From: Saccharolobus islandicus REY15A
GTDB taxonomy: Archaea > Thermoproteota > Thermoprotei_A > Sulfolobales > Sulfolobaceae
Assembly: GCF_000189555.1 (NCBI RefSeq)
Contig: NC_017276.1
Length of the DNA: 64,000 bases
Reading direction: 5' to 3' (one strand)
Below are positions 1-9,496 of this stretch, in pieces (within the stretch, counting starts at the first letter, position 1; each line of letters starts with the position of its first letter). The notes below the pieces were generated by a model. The model was not told the DNA's origin. It did not search any database and was given only the letters and a program-made list of their open reading frames with translations. Position numbers and translations under genes: made by a program.

Positions 1-960
1 ACAGCGTACTTTAATGGCACACTGACTCCTGCCTTATTTTGGAAAGGAGAAGGCTTAGTTCCAGTAATGTCAGGTAAGGGAAACATACGCGCAGATTTTG
101 AGACGATAGAATTTTATGGAGTAAATGGTACAATTCTAGGATATGTACACATTTCGAGTATTGTTGGAAATCTAGAGATGATTCCAGTTAAGATTGGACT
201 TAATTATAACATCGCATTTACTGAACTTAAGATAGTTACGGTAAGTGGAGTAAAACAAGTACATGCCAACTTTATGGGTTACACTTACATTAATAAAGTC
301 CCAGTAATGATAGTAGGAAACGATGAAGGTAATATAACGTCAACTGCAATCGTTAACATTTCTCATTTAGTCATAGTGAATAATCATAAAGGCGTGCTAG
401 CGGAAATAACGTTAAATTCAACGTCAAAATTCGTAGTATTAACAGAAGCCAATACTACTCATAATGTTAGTGTAACACTTCCGCTATTGGTAAACGTTAC
501 CAATGTGCATTTAAACGGTAACGTTCATGTGGCACAGAAGGTCGTAGTCAACGTGTCTTCACAATACATCCTATTCAACGTTACGACGCTTAATAATGGT
601 TCCATAATTGGCGTCTATAAGGTAGAGAATGATACATTAGTTAAATTAAACTCTTCCAATTACTTCATCATAAATGGAAAACTGGAAATATTTGACGATC
701 CATCTTCAACATATTATGTAGTTTACTCCGCACAACCAACTACTTCAACGACATCCTCTACTACTTTAACATCTACAAGTACATCTAGTGCATCCACTAC
801 CGCAAGTGTCTCTACTACTTTAATATCTACGACATCTCCTTCAGCCACATCTAATATAACAGCAACTTCATCATCAAATACTATGACATATATAGCGATT
901 GGAATAATTGTACTAATAGTTATAATAGTAATAGCCGTGGTGTTAGTTAGAAGAAGGTAA
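1..960 (+). CDS. C-terminal part of a surface-anchored (glyco)protein, 5'-truncated by the window
   Basis: Frame is open from base 1 (TAYFNGTLTP...) into the 67..960 ORF; many N-x-S/T sequons, Ser/Thr-rich linker, C-terminal hydrophobic helix ending RRR-stop. Confidence 0.8.
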   Translation, partial: TAYFNGTLTPALFWKGEGLVPVMSGKGNIRADFETIEFYGVNGTILGYVHISSIVGNLEMIPVKIGLNYNIAFTELKIVTVSGVKQVHANFMGYTYINKVPVMIVGNDEGNITSTAIVNISHLVIVNNHKGVLAEITLNSTSKFVVLTEANTTHNVSVTLPLLVNVTNVHLNGNVHVAQKVVVNVSSQYILFNVTTLNNGSIIGVYKVENDTLVKLNSSNYFIINGKLEIFDDPSSTYYVVYSAQPTTSTTSSTTLTSTSTSSASTTASVSTTLISTTSPSATSNITATSSSNTMTYIAIGIIVLIVIIVIAVVLVRRR

Positions 961-1042
961 AAATTCTTTTTTAAATGTTTTTGTCCTTTTCCTTTGTTAT
1001 TAGTAGAAAAATTTATATACTTTAGGGTTACCCTAATACCAT

Positions 1043-1783
1043 ATGAGAGGAAAAGAACTCATAATTGCGCTTTCCATATCTCTCGGAATTGCAGTTGCTA
1101 TATTATCGTTGCCAGATATACTAGAGCCCATAGCACATAAAATATTATTAGTCTTAGGCATTTATTGGCCTTTAGCAATTTTTATAATAGGTATAGTTCA
1201 TGGACTTAAACCTGACGAACATACATGGCCAATTACCGTATCCTATGGAATAATGCAGAGGAATATGAAAGGTGCAATAGTTTCTACAAGCGTTTTCGCA
1301 GGGGCATTAACACTCGTCTGGGCTAGTTTGAGCGCATTGACTGGACAACTTCTCTCATTCTTTCAGAATTACAACTTAGACCCAATAGTAGATGTTATAG
1401 TAGGGCTGACAATGATAGGAGTTGCCTTAATTTTCATTATTAAAGGCAAGGATAAAGTTGTGGATAAAGATAATAATCCAGATTACAAATTAATCTGGAT
1501 TCACGGACTAGCTGCGGCCTTTGGAGGGGATTTTATAGTAATATTGTTATTAACCATTGCCCTAAGTACACTTATTAGTGTGAATGTCACCTTCTTAATT
1601 GGACTATTATTTGGAATAGGTTCATGGATAGCCCAATCCATAGTGGTTTTATTAATATACAAAGGTTTGGTCAAAGGAGTGAAAGCGAATTTCCAAATTC
1701 TAGCTAAGGCAGGGAGGCTATCACTACTATTTCTAGGAATTTTTATGATAGGGTTGGGAATTTTAAGCTCTCTAACCGGTTAA
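1043..1783 (+). CDS. Multi-pass membrane protein, NiCoT/UreH/RcnA-like metal transporter or DsbD-like permease
   Basis: About 6 TM helices with His motifs GIVHGLKPDEH and WIHGLAAAFGGD, resembling nickel/cobalt transporter superfamily motifs. Confidence 0.55.
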   Translation: MRGKELIIALSISLGIAVAILSLPDILEPIAHKILLVLGIYWPLAIFIIGIVHGLKPDEHTWPITVSYGIMQRNMKGAIVSTSVFAGALTLVWASLSALTGQLLSFFQNYNLDPIVDVIVGLTMIGVALIFIIKGKDKVVDKDNNPDYKLIWIHGLAAAFGGDFIVILLLTIALSTLISVNVTFLIGLLFGIGSWIAQSIVVLLIYKGLVKGVKANFQILAKAGRLSLLFLGIFMIGLGILSSLTG

Positions 1784-2442
1784 AAATCTTTTATACTCTT
1801 TTCGGTCAACTTCGCAATAGCCTTTCTTAAAACTTGCATTATGGCTGGTTTAGAAATACCCAACTCATTTGCTAACTCCTCTAGTCCTATTCTTTTAGGC
1901 GTTTCGAAGTATCCCTTATCAAAGGCTAGCTTCAGAATTGATAATTCCTTAGGCGTTAGCTCTTCCTTTACTGAAAGGAGTGGATTTGAAGATTCCTCAA
2001 TAATTTTAAACTCATAAGTAAGCTCTTTCACCTCTGGTATGATCTTAATGAAGTTTTCGGAGTCAGCAATTACGTTCCATCTTTCCATTCCTTCATATAT
2101 AGTTTCTGACATGCTAAAAATTCTACAATCCTTTAATAATCTTTCAGCTATTCTTCCTTTAAGACTCTCTATCGATGCGTATATTGCTCTGATATTAGAT
2201 TTGTTTTTGTACTCATCTATTATTCTGAAATCAATAGTTGTTTCATTTCTACTCAGCATTCTAATTATTTGCCTATAAGACTCCTTGTCCTTAGCGTAAA
2301 TTATACCCATAACGTTTTCAGTGAGTCCATCTAATGATGGAATTCTCCTTACAACCTTTACATATAATTCCTCTTCGTTAAATCTCTCAGTGTAACGACT
2401 CCAATCGTCGTGTGAGAGCACTATGGTGTAACTTTTTATCAT
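1780..2442 (-). CDS. HTH-10 (bacterio-opsin activator type) transcriptional regulator
   Basis: C-terminal LTPKELSILKLAFDKGYFETPKRIGLEELANELGISKPAIMQVLRKA is the HTH-10 signature. Confidence 0.85.
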   Translation of the reverse strand: MIKSYTIVLSHDDWSRYTERFNEEELYVKVVRRIPSLDGLTENVMGIIYAKDKESYRQIIRMLSRNETTIDFRIIDEYKNKSNIRAIYASIESLKGRIAERLLKDCRIFSMSETIYEGMERWNVIADSENFIKIIPEVKELTYEFKIIEESSNPLLSVKEELTPKELSILKLAFDKGYFETPKRIGLEELANELGISKPAIMQVLRKAIAKLTEKSIKDF

Positions 2443-2492
2443 TATAGAATATAGTAATGTTTGAATTTAAAAGGATTAGATGGTTCATCTTA

Positions 2493-4151
2493 CTATGAAA
2501 TTCTATCTTTCTCACGAATTATAATATATATTGCAATTGATACTAGTAATATGATAACATAGACGATAATATAATTCGTAAAGCTATCATTATCCCGAGG
2601 AATACTGAAATTTATCTCATGGAGTTTATCTCCCAGTGATAAGTACAATTTACCCTTATGATATAACACTATAGTATTATTATAAACTCCTACGACAAAA
2701 TATCCCCTAGGTATATAAATGGTGGAATTTGGCAAGCTTATAACTAATTCATAAGTACCGTTATTGTATTTCATTATTATGGGAGAACCTTGAATTAAAG
2801 GAAAGTTCTGATAGAAGAATATAGGATTATGGTAATACTGTACAGAGTTGTTCTCCACAACAAGACCAGTTGAAATCATTGTACCCGAGGGAAGGCTATT
2901 TAAACCTCTCTTACCAATTTGATAATATGATATAGTCGAATTGTAAAAAAGTATTAATAAGACAGATTTATTGTAAATATAAAAGTTCGATACGTTATGA
3001 ATATTTAGTCCATAAGTAGTATTAAATAGAACTAAGTATAGATAGGGATTGAAGTTGGCTAACAAATAATAATCTGAAATACGATTCGCAACCGATGGTA
3101 AAACGTTAACAGAATAATTGACTATGTTGATAATGGGCCCTACTTCAATAGACAGTGGGACAACAATTGGATTAACAAGGGTTAAGCTACTTGAAAGCAG
3201 TACTAAGGGAAAGAGCGGTGTATATATTGCATAAGGCTTCTCTAGTTGTTTGGTATAATTATTTATCTCTAAGCTTTCCATATAACTCCCATTAATAGAG
3301 TAAACCGAGATGTTACTTTCGTTGTAGAATACTAGAAATCGCAGACCCTCTAGGTTAGAAGGAATATATCCACTCATATACCCCCTAAATTTAATCTCTG
3401 TAGAACTTATTGACCCCGTATTTAAATTTACGGCTTCTATTTCATATTCCCCTATTGTGGAATTAGAATATATAGGATAAACTATGTAAATCCAGTTTTT
3501 ATATGTGAAAATGGGTAATACTTCATTTAGTGGAAAGAAAGACCCAGTTATAATATGATCTTTAATTAGTGTAAGATTTAAGGGATATCCGATAACATCG
3601 CTTATGCTAATATTCTTTTCATATTTATTAATAAAATTAGTTGCTGATATAGAAATATTATAAATGGGAATGTTTTCCTCTAAAAGTGAACCATTAGTGG
3701 TCATATTTCTACTTATTACTCCCACTAGCTTCTTGCTAATCAGAACTATATAGTCTCCAGTTAAGAGTGGATACTGAACAGAATAATTATAATTTAGCTT
3801 TATATTACTAATTAAGGTTAACGAGGAGTCTATAACATAGACTGTTAAACTTCCTTGTGCACGCATCTCAATTACTAGATATCCATCGTAAGTGTACGTT
3901 AGAACGTTGGACTCGTTAAGAGAAATGGTAGGCAAAGTTATTCTATTTCTATTAACATCTTCTAAAGTTATATTTAGAAAATCAGCTTTAGAAGTCTGGA
4001 TTACCATTATTGGCTTTCCTTCTAAGACAATTAAACTGATGAATATATTTTTCATACTGCTCGTCTTAACCAATATACCATTACAAAATTCTGATAAAAT
4101 CAATACTATTAATATGATCGTTAATACTCTTGACGCGCGCTTCTCACTCAT
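2493..4151 (-). CDS. Secreted/membrane-anchored hypothetical protein (beta-rich)
   Basis: 552-aa ORF with N-terminal hydrophobic signal, C-terminal TM helix plus basic tail, many sequons. Confidence 0.75.
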   Translation of the reverse strand: MSEKRASRVLTIILIVLILSEFCNGILVKTSSMKNIFISLIVLEGKPIMVIQTSKADFLNITLEDVNRNRITLPTISLNESNVLTYTYDGYLVIEMRAQGSLTVYVIDSSLTLISNIKLNYNYSVQYPLLTGDYIVLISKKLVGVISRNMTTNGSLLEENIPIYNISISATNFINKYEKNISISDVIGYPLNLTLIKDHIITGSFFPLNEVLPIFTYKNWIYIVYPIYSNSTIGEYEIEAVNLNTGSISSTEIKFRGYMSGYIPSNLEGLRFLVFYNESNISVYSINGSYMESLEINNYTKQLEKPYAIYTPLFPLVLLSSSLTLVNPIVVPLSIEVGPIINIVNYSVNVLPSVANRISDYYLLANFNPYLYLVLFNTTYGLNIHNVSNFYIYNKSVLLILFYNSTISYYQIGKRGLNSLPSGTMISTGLVVENNSVQYYHNPIFFYQNFPLIQGSPIIMKYNNGTYELVISLPNSTIYIPRGYFVVGVYNNTIVLYHKGKLYLSLGDKLHEINFSIPRDNDSFTNYIIVYVIILLVSIAIYIIIREKDRIS

Positions 4152-4213
4152 ATTTAAACATTACTTTTCTCACATTTATATATCAAATTTTAGAGGAACT
4201 GACATTTCTTGAT

Positions 4214-4385
4214 GGGGTTTGGGCTTCATTGAATTTTCATGAATTTGTATCCAATTCTCAGCCGTTGGGCTTCAACAGAGTCACGGGGCATTGCCCCGTT
4301 CATACCCCTCCGCCCCTTTAGCGGGATAACCCCAACCCACACCCGTGGAGTATCACGGATGTGGGGAAACCCGCACATCTTGAGG
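4214..4385 (-). ncRNA. Candidate omegaRNA (reRNA) scaffold overlapping the tnpB 3' end
   Basis: Stacked hairpins on the minus strand: GATGTG/CACATC, CCGTG/CACGG, ACGGGGC-AAT-GCCCCGT, AGCC/GGCT; position matches known TnpB right-end RNAs. Confidence 0.55.
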
Positions 4386-5521
4386 TAGATGTTGAGAGAT
4401 GCGTTCAACTGTCTATCCAAGGTGAACCCACACCTCACACACCTAAAAGTCCTGCCAACCTTTCGGGAAACCCATCCACATCTGGGGCAGGACTTGGAAG
4501 TGTGGTAAGGGTTAACCTCCTTCAAGAAGGAACCGTAAAGCGGTGCCCTGTACTTAAGCACACGGTGAATCGTCCTCCACACAGTCCTTGAAATCTTTTT
4601 AGAAAGGGAGTCGTTAGCGTCTTTGAACATCTCTTGCCTATTCAGTTTTTCAACAGCGAACATCGTGAGAGGATACATCTCCAGTAAACTGTTCACGAAC
4701 TTGTGAATATAATCCAGCACACGGTTCCTCTCTCTATGAGAATACTTCCTCAACAACTCCTTCCCCTTCCTACCATGCTTTGAAGCAAAACGTTGTATTC
4801 TACCCCTCTTTAGTTCCACACCGTATTTTAGACTATACAACTCCTTCAAGGAAAATGTAACGAACTTCTCTCCATCATAAGCATCTAGAGTATAAAGGTT
4901 ACTATCAATTGCTAGGAAATCTAGGGGAGTAAACCAAGGTAATCTGTAGCGGAACGGTAAATACACCTTATCCTCCTTAATTATGGGCTCACCTAACTCA
5001 AGCCCTTTAACCCGCTTAGAAAACCATTTGTGAGACCAAGAGAATGTGACGTATTCGTAAGGTCTTACAGTAATCCTAACACTCCCACCATTAACCTTTC
5101 TGAGCGTCGATTTTACTCTAACGTAAACCTTCTTTAGTCTAGGTTTCCTCAGTGATGCTTGCCCCTTCTCAGCCCTCCTCTTCCAACCCCTTAATATTGA
5201 GTAAGCGTCGTTTATTGCTTTGTCCACGTAGTGAGAAGCTAAAACGTTAATCTTCTCTAACTCGTCTCTCAACACCTTATTCACTTCCTTTTTCTTAGGT
5301 AACTTGACTTTGACCTTCGTGAGTACTTTTTTGCCCTTCTTCACTTCTTTTCTCTCTACCTTAGTCCTCTCCCACAGCCAGTCTAATGCTTTCTGTAGTA
5401 GGACTCTGTAGTTCTCCAGTAGTATTTTCGTCTCCTCCCTCTTGTTGTTCTTTATGGAGTAAGTTAGGTAAATGTACTCCTCCTCTGGTTTGAATGATTT
5501 AATTCTTAAGTTCTTCGACAC
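4226..5521 (-). CDS. tnpB: TnpB RNA-guided endonuclease
   Basis: RuvC-I AIDSN, RuvC-II FAVEKL, Zn finger CPRCG/CVRCG, RuvC-III DRQLNASLNI all present. Confidence 0.93.
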   Translation of the reverse strand: MSKNLRIKSFKPEEEYIYLTYSIKNNKREETKILLENYRVLLQKALDWLWERTKVERKEVKKGKKVLTKVKVKLPKKKEVNKVLRDELEKINVLASHYVDKAINDAYSILRGWKRRAEKGQASLRKPRLKKVYVRVKSTLRKVNGGSVRITVRPYEYVTFSWSHKWFSKRVKGLELGEPIIKEDKVYLPFRYRLPWFTPLDFLAIDSNLYTLDAYDGEKFVTFSLKELYSLKYGVELKRGRIQRFASKHGRKGKELLRKYSHRERNRVLDYIHKFVNSLLEMYPLTMFAVEKLNRQEMFKDANDSLSKKISRTVWRTIHRVLKYRAPLYGSFLKEVNPYHTSKSCPRCGWVSRKVGRTFRCVRCGFTLDRQLNASLNIYLKMCGFPHIRDTPRVWVGVIPLKGRRGMNGAMPRDSVEAQRLRIGYKFMKIQ

Positions 5522-6082
5522 ACTTCTTCACCTTTTCGTATTTGTGACTCCTCATTCCGTAGAGTTTTTCACTGAATGATACTAGGATTGAGATCAGATC
5601 CTCTATCAACTCTTGTTCTGGTGTTTTGTCCTCCCTATTAAGAACTACTATTTCGCAGTTGTGTGCTTTGCATACTTCTTCTATTATCTCGAAACCGAAT
5701 CTAACTAGTCTGTCTGGGTAAGCTATGACTACTTTTGACACCTCGTTGTTCAGTATCATTCTTAATAATTTGAGGAATCCCTTCCTCTTCATGTTTAACC
5801 CAGAACCTACGTCTGTTATTATTTGGTCGTAGTCCTTTACTTGTTCTTGCAGGTATTTTACTTGGTTTATTAAGTCGTCTTTTGTGTGTTTGATGGTACC
5901 CTAGCATAAAGTATCACTTTCCTCTTTCTTACAATCCCCATTAGCTTTTCCACATCCTCTTCTCTGAACCTCCACTTTCCAGTCTCTAGTATTACTGGTT
6001 TGATATAACCCTTCTTAACGTAGCTCTGTAAAGTGCGGTATGATATTCCTAAGCGTTGGCATACTTCCTTAGGTTTTAGAAT
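5499..6082 (-). pseudogene. tnpA: IS607 TnpA serine recombinase, inactivated
   Basis: Reconstructed (M)LKPKEVCQRLGISYRTL...ILYARVPSNTQ/KDDLINQ...; start is ATT (6080-6082), catalytic-motif Ser is Pro (CCA 5894-5896), 1-nt deletion in A-run at 5880-5883. Confidence 0.88.
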
Positions 6083-6373
6083 TGTAATTAAATGTGTATA
6101 TAAAGTATATAAACTTCACGATTTATCGAAAACTGCTAACAACGGCTTTTTGGAAAGTGCCGTCACTTAACTACAAATTAAGTAAGTTTACTGACCTTGA
6201 TAAAGAGAAGACGCTAAACCAATATAATTAATATACGTTTGGAATATCAAGGAGAGAATTTATAGCTTAATGACTGCATTATCTTCACATTCAAGCATTC
6301 AAGGAAAATCCTATAACTGCTGTTATCAAATCACAAGAAAATATATTAGGTTTTAAAACGAGTAAACTTTAAC

Positions 6374-7087
6374 GTGATAAGGGCAATAAACGTAAGTAAA
6401 ATTTTTCACGGAAGTTTTGCAGTAGTTGAAGTTAATCTAGAAATTTATGAGAACGAGAAGGTAGGAGTTATAGGTGTTCATAACTCAGGGAAGACTGTAC
6501 TACTTCAGATGCTAGCTGGAGATGTGAAACCAACTAAAGGTAAAGTGTATTTAGAAGATAAGAGGAAGATCGCTTATATACCTCAAGTACCCAAATTTAT
6601 ACCCACTATCAGTGTTAAAGACGTAATGACTTATGTTAATAAGGAGTATCATTATTTAGATTTTGTTGGCTTAGATGGAAATAAGAAGGTTAAGGATCTA
6701 TCCTTAGATGAGAAAAAGAGGTTGTCCTTAGCTCTTTCATTACCTTTTTCCCCTAACCACCTCATAGTCGATGACATGTCCCAAATTTCTTCTCTAACTA
6801 AAGATTTGATAAGGAGATTTAAAGGAGGTGTGATAATTGCTCACCATAACCTTAAGGATATATGGGATTTAATAGATAGAGTTATAATTATGTCTAAGGG
6901 TAGGGTCGTTTTCGATGGTCCCAAGAGTGGATTGTTGTACAAGGTTATAAGATTTAAGAATAGTGAGATATGGGAAAGGGAAAACGAGAATAGTATCGAA
7001 AGTGATTTAGATAAACGTGGAGTTAAGTATGAGGTTATTAGAGTGACACCAGATGAGGTTTTCCTATATTTTTATGCAGGAATTTAA
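6374..7087 (+). CDS. ABC transporter ATP-binding protein (degenerate motifs)
   Basis: Walker A GVHNSGKT, signature region LSLDEKKRL, Walker B LIVDD, H-loop IAHH. Confidence 0.8.
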   Translation: MIRAINVSKIFHGSFAVVEVNLEIYENEKVGVIGVHNSGKTVLLQMLAGDVKPTKGKVYLEDKRKIAYIPQVPKFIPTISVKDVMTYVNKEYHYLDFVGLDGNKKVKDLSLDEKKRLSLALSLPFSPNHLIVDDMSQISSLTKDLIRRFKGGVIIAHHNLKDIWDLIDRVIIMSKGRVVFDGPKSGLLYKVIRFKNSEIWERENENSIESDLDKRGVKYEVIRVTPDEVFLYFYAGI

Positions 7088-8057
7088 AAGATCAATTGTA
7101 TTCGTCTTCTTAATTCTTATAGCTCTGAGTCTGTCACTAATAGCTGCGCAAATTCTTTCCGAATCGATAAGCGTTATAGGAATCGTTGAGGGCTCTTCTT
7201 ATGGGATAAAAGTATCAGGCTATGTCTTTGACTTTCAAGGAAAAGGTGTAAGTTCAGAAATAAAGTTGTCATACTACAATTTCACAGAGAGCGTTAAGAC
7301 AAATAATGGGTCATTTTACTTGTATCTTCCAGTGGCTTATATTCAGAATAATACTAGGATTAACGTAATAATAAATTCATTTCAAAAGAACGTAAATCTA
7401 ACATTAACTATACCAAACTCTTCAACTACTTTCGGTTTTTCAAGCCTCTTTTTAAAATATTATTCCAGCCAAAATCTTTCAATAATAAGCGTTAAGGGTA
7501 AAACTTTCATCGCAGTAGATCCTAAACAAGATAGTTCAAATTATACAATTTTTGAGATTAATTCAGATAATGTTAATCTTCCTCTAGATGTCAATTTCAC
7601 CTACAATAATTTTTCAAACACGCTAAAGATACCTCTCATTATCCTTTTATTATTTTTCTTTTCCTTTATCGAATTGATGGACTACTATTTATTATCCTCT
7701 TTTCCTAGAGGCGAATTAAGGCAAATTATGAGGTTAGTAGGAACAATTAAAGTATATGTCGGAAAGTTAATAGCTGAGATACCTTTGACAATTATGTTAT
7801 CCAGTCTGCCATTTTATTTGTTTGAATTCATTTTGATAGGTAATGACATCGCCTTGATTTTACCTTATATGATAGCTTCAATCTCTTTCTCTTTAGGTGT
7901 TTACGGTTTGGCGCCATTCGGAAGTAAGAACATGATATATTATTCTGTAATATTAGGATTTTATATCATAAATTTAGTAATATATGATAGATACTTATAT
8001 TCTCTCTTAGCAACTCTTCTCCTAATAGTTGGATATATAAAACTGAGAATTTCCTAG
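7053..8057 (+). CDS. ABC transporter permease-like membrane protein with extracellular domain
   Basis: Overlaps the ATPase; N-terminal TM, large loop, several C-terminal TM helices. Confidence 0.65.
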   Translation: MRFSYIFMQEFKRSIVFVFLILIALSLSLIAAQILSESISVIGIVEGSSYGIKVSGYVFDFQGKGVSSEIKLSYYNFTESVKTNNGSFYLYLPVAYIQNNTRINVIINSFQKNVNLTLTIPNSSTTFGFSSLFLKYYSSQNLSIISVKGKTFIAVDPKQDSSNYTIFEINSDNVNLPLDVNFTYNNFSNTLKIPLIILLLFFFSFIELMDYYLLSSFPRGELRQIMRLVGTIKVYVGKLIAEIPLTIMLSSLPFYLFEFILIGNDIALILPYMIASISFSLGVYGLAPFGSKNMIYYSVILGFYIINLVIYDRYLYSLLATLLLIVGYIKLRIS

Positions 8058-8590
8058 ACAAGTATTAAATACACAATGACAGCAATGTATATCACACTAC
8101 CTACTATTATCCATAATATCTTGTTATTTACAACGTTAAACTTTCGTAAAACCAAAGAGTCTATTGAGAAATTACCAGAACCATAGGCTATTATGTACGC
8201 GTTTATTATCATCATTAGAAGATTTAACCCATATTCCTCAGCTCCAGTCCAGCTAGCAGATAAGAAGTAAATTAGGTTAGTGTAAAATGCTACTACACCA
8301 CATAGTCTGCTCATTAGCCCTATAAGGATTAGAATCCCAAAGCAGATCTCTCCTATCATCACTAAGGTTCCAACTAGAACCGGATGTGGCATTGCGACTA
8401 TGTATAAAAATTGCCTTATAATAGATCCTTGGGCTAAATACTGTATTGTAAAACCTACATATTGTTCGGAAGATGGATTCAGAAATCCTGAATTGAGAAG
8501 TTTTCCTAAAATACCCGCATAGAGCCATATGGAAGCCATTGATATCCTTAAAATTAATGTAAAATTATCGGAGATCATTGTCTTTGCCAT
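8054..8590 (-). CDS. DoxD/DoxX-family membrane protein (similar to thiosulfate:quinone oxidoreductase small subunit)
   Basis: [17 protein letters not shown]...[16 protein letters not shown]...GSGNFSID pattern typical of DoxX/DoxD. Confidence 0.7.
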   Translation of the reverse strand: MAKTMISDNFTLILRISMASIWLYAGILGKLLNSGFLNPSSEQYVGFTIQYLAQGSIIRQFLYIVAMPHPVLVGTLVMIGEICFGILILIGLMSRLCGVVAFYTNLIYFLSASWTGAEEYGLNLLMMIINAYIIAYGSGNFSIDSLVLRKFNVVNNKILWIIVGSVIYIAVIVYLILV

Positions 8591-9486
8591 AACAATCCCT
8601 CTCTTAATTTCTTGCTAATTTGTATGAGAGAGTACAATGATAAAGAGAGAATTGCCACTCCAGCAACTACGGGAGAGGAGAGTAATATTAATTGGGAGAT
8701 AGTAGAGAGTAAGGGCATTCCCATATAGATTGTGTACTTCCACACTAGGTTTTTACTTATTAATGGGAACGAGGAGGAAGCGAGATACAATAGTGAATTT
8801 ATTGCAGTAGGGGTTAAGCAGCAAATTCCCGCTATTGTTCCAATTGATGGGACAGAGGCTGTCAAAAATCCTCCTGCAATGTTTGTTGCAGTTATCCTAA
8901 AGGTCTTTGGTACTTTCCATTCCATTAAATTGTATGACACATATATTAGTGATATGGTATAGTAGCTTAGCATGAACGCAAATGATAGTATTAACGTGTT
9001 TAATAGAGCAAAGATGATCATTGGTATGTTAAGAACGAAGAAATTAAAGTAGGTTTGAATTCCATATGCATCGTATGTTATAGTTGTTAGCTTTAAAAAA
9101 TAGGGGCTAATGTTGATGTTCGGGACCAAGATGACTCCGCTAACTATTAGGAAGGATACTAAATAGGAAACTGAATAGAAAATTAGTATTTTTCTAAACG
9201 CCTTATCGTTTAGAAGACTCTTCATAATATTTAATACGGTAAAGTCTCCTTTCACTAGTATGAATTTGTTCTCCTTATGTCTATAAAGGAAGTACCCAAA
9301 TATACTAGAACAAGCAAGATATATAACGGTGAATGTTAAGAAGGGAAGTATAAACGTTTGTTGTCCGGTATCAGATAAGGGAGAATACCACAAACTAACT
9401 ATCCTAATCCCATTTATTAAAATTGGGAGAAATACGGTAAAATTAAAAAACAAAAAAGTATAGAAATATGGATGTAGGACTTTCAT
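8575..9486 (-). CDS. Multi-pass membrane protein with a vicinal-cysteine CCxxP motif
   Basis: Hydrophobic ORF; likely start ATG 9486 (MKVLHP) after a GGGGA RBS; motif [11 protein letters not shown]. Confidence 0.7.
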   Translation of the reverse strand: MKVLHPYFYTFLFFNFTVFLPILINGIRIVSLWYSPLSDTGQQTFILPFLTFTVIYLACSSIFGYFLYRHKENKFILVKGDFTVLNIMKSLLNDKAFRKILIFYSVSYLVSFLIVSGVILVPNINISPYFLKLTTITYDAYGIQTYFNFFVLNIPMIIFALLNTLILSFAFMLSYYTISLIYVSYNLMEWKVPKTFRITATNIAGGFLTASVPSIGTIAGICCLTPTAINSLLYLASSSFPLISKNLVWKYTIYMGMPLLSTISQLILLSSPVVAGVAILSLSLYSLIQISKKLREGLLWQRQ

Positions 9487-9496
9487 CCTTATTCCC

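Larger units (their letters stand above)
4214..6166 (-). mobile_element. IS607-family element (ISC1904/ISC1913-like), non-autonomous: disrupted serine-recombinase tnpA plus intact tnpB; ends approximate
   Basis: GC-richer ~1.9-kb block with MerR-HTH/resolvase tnpA overlapping tnpB; imperfect hairpin ACGGC...GCCGT near 6142-6163. Confidence 0.85.

Noticed and set aside
5878-5885. Programmed frameshift in tnpA
   Set aside because: Accompanied by a start-codon and a catalytic-residue mutation; simple decay is more parsimonious
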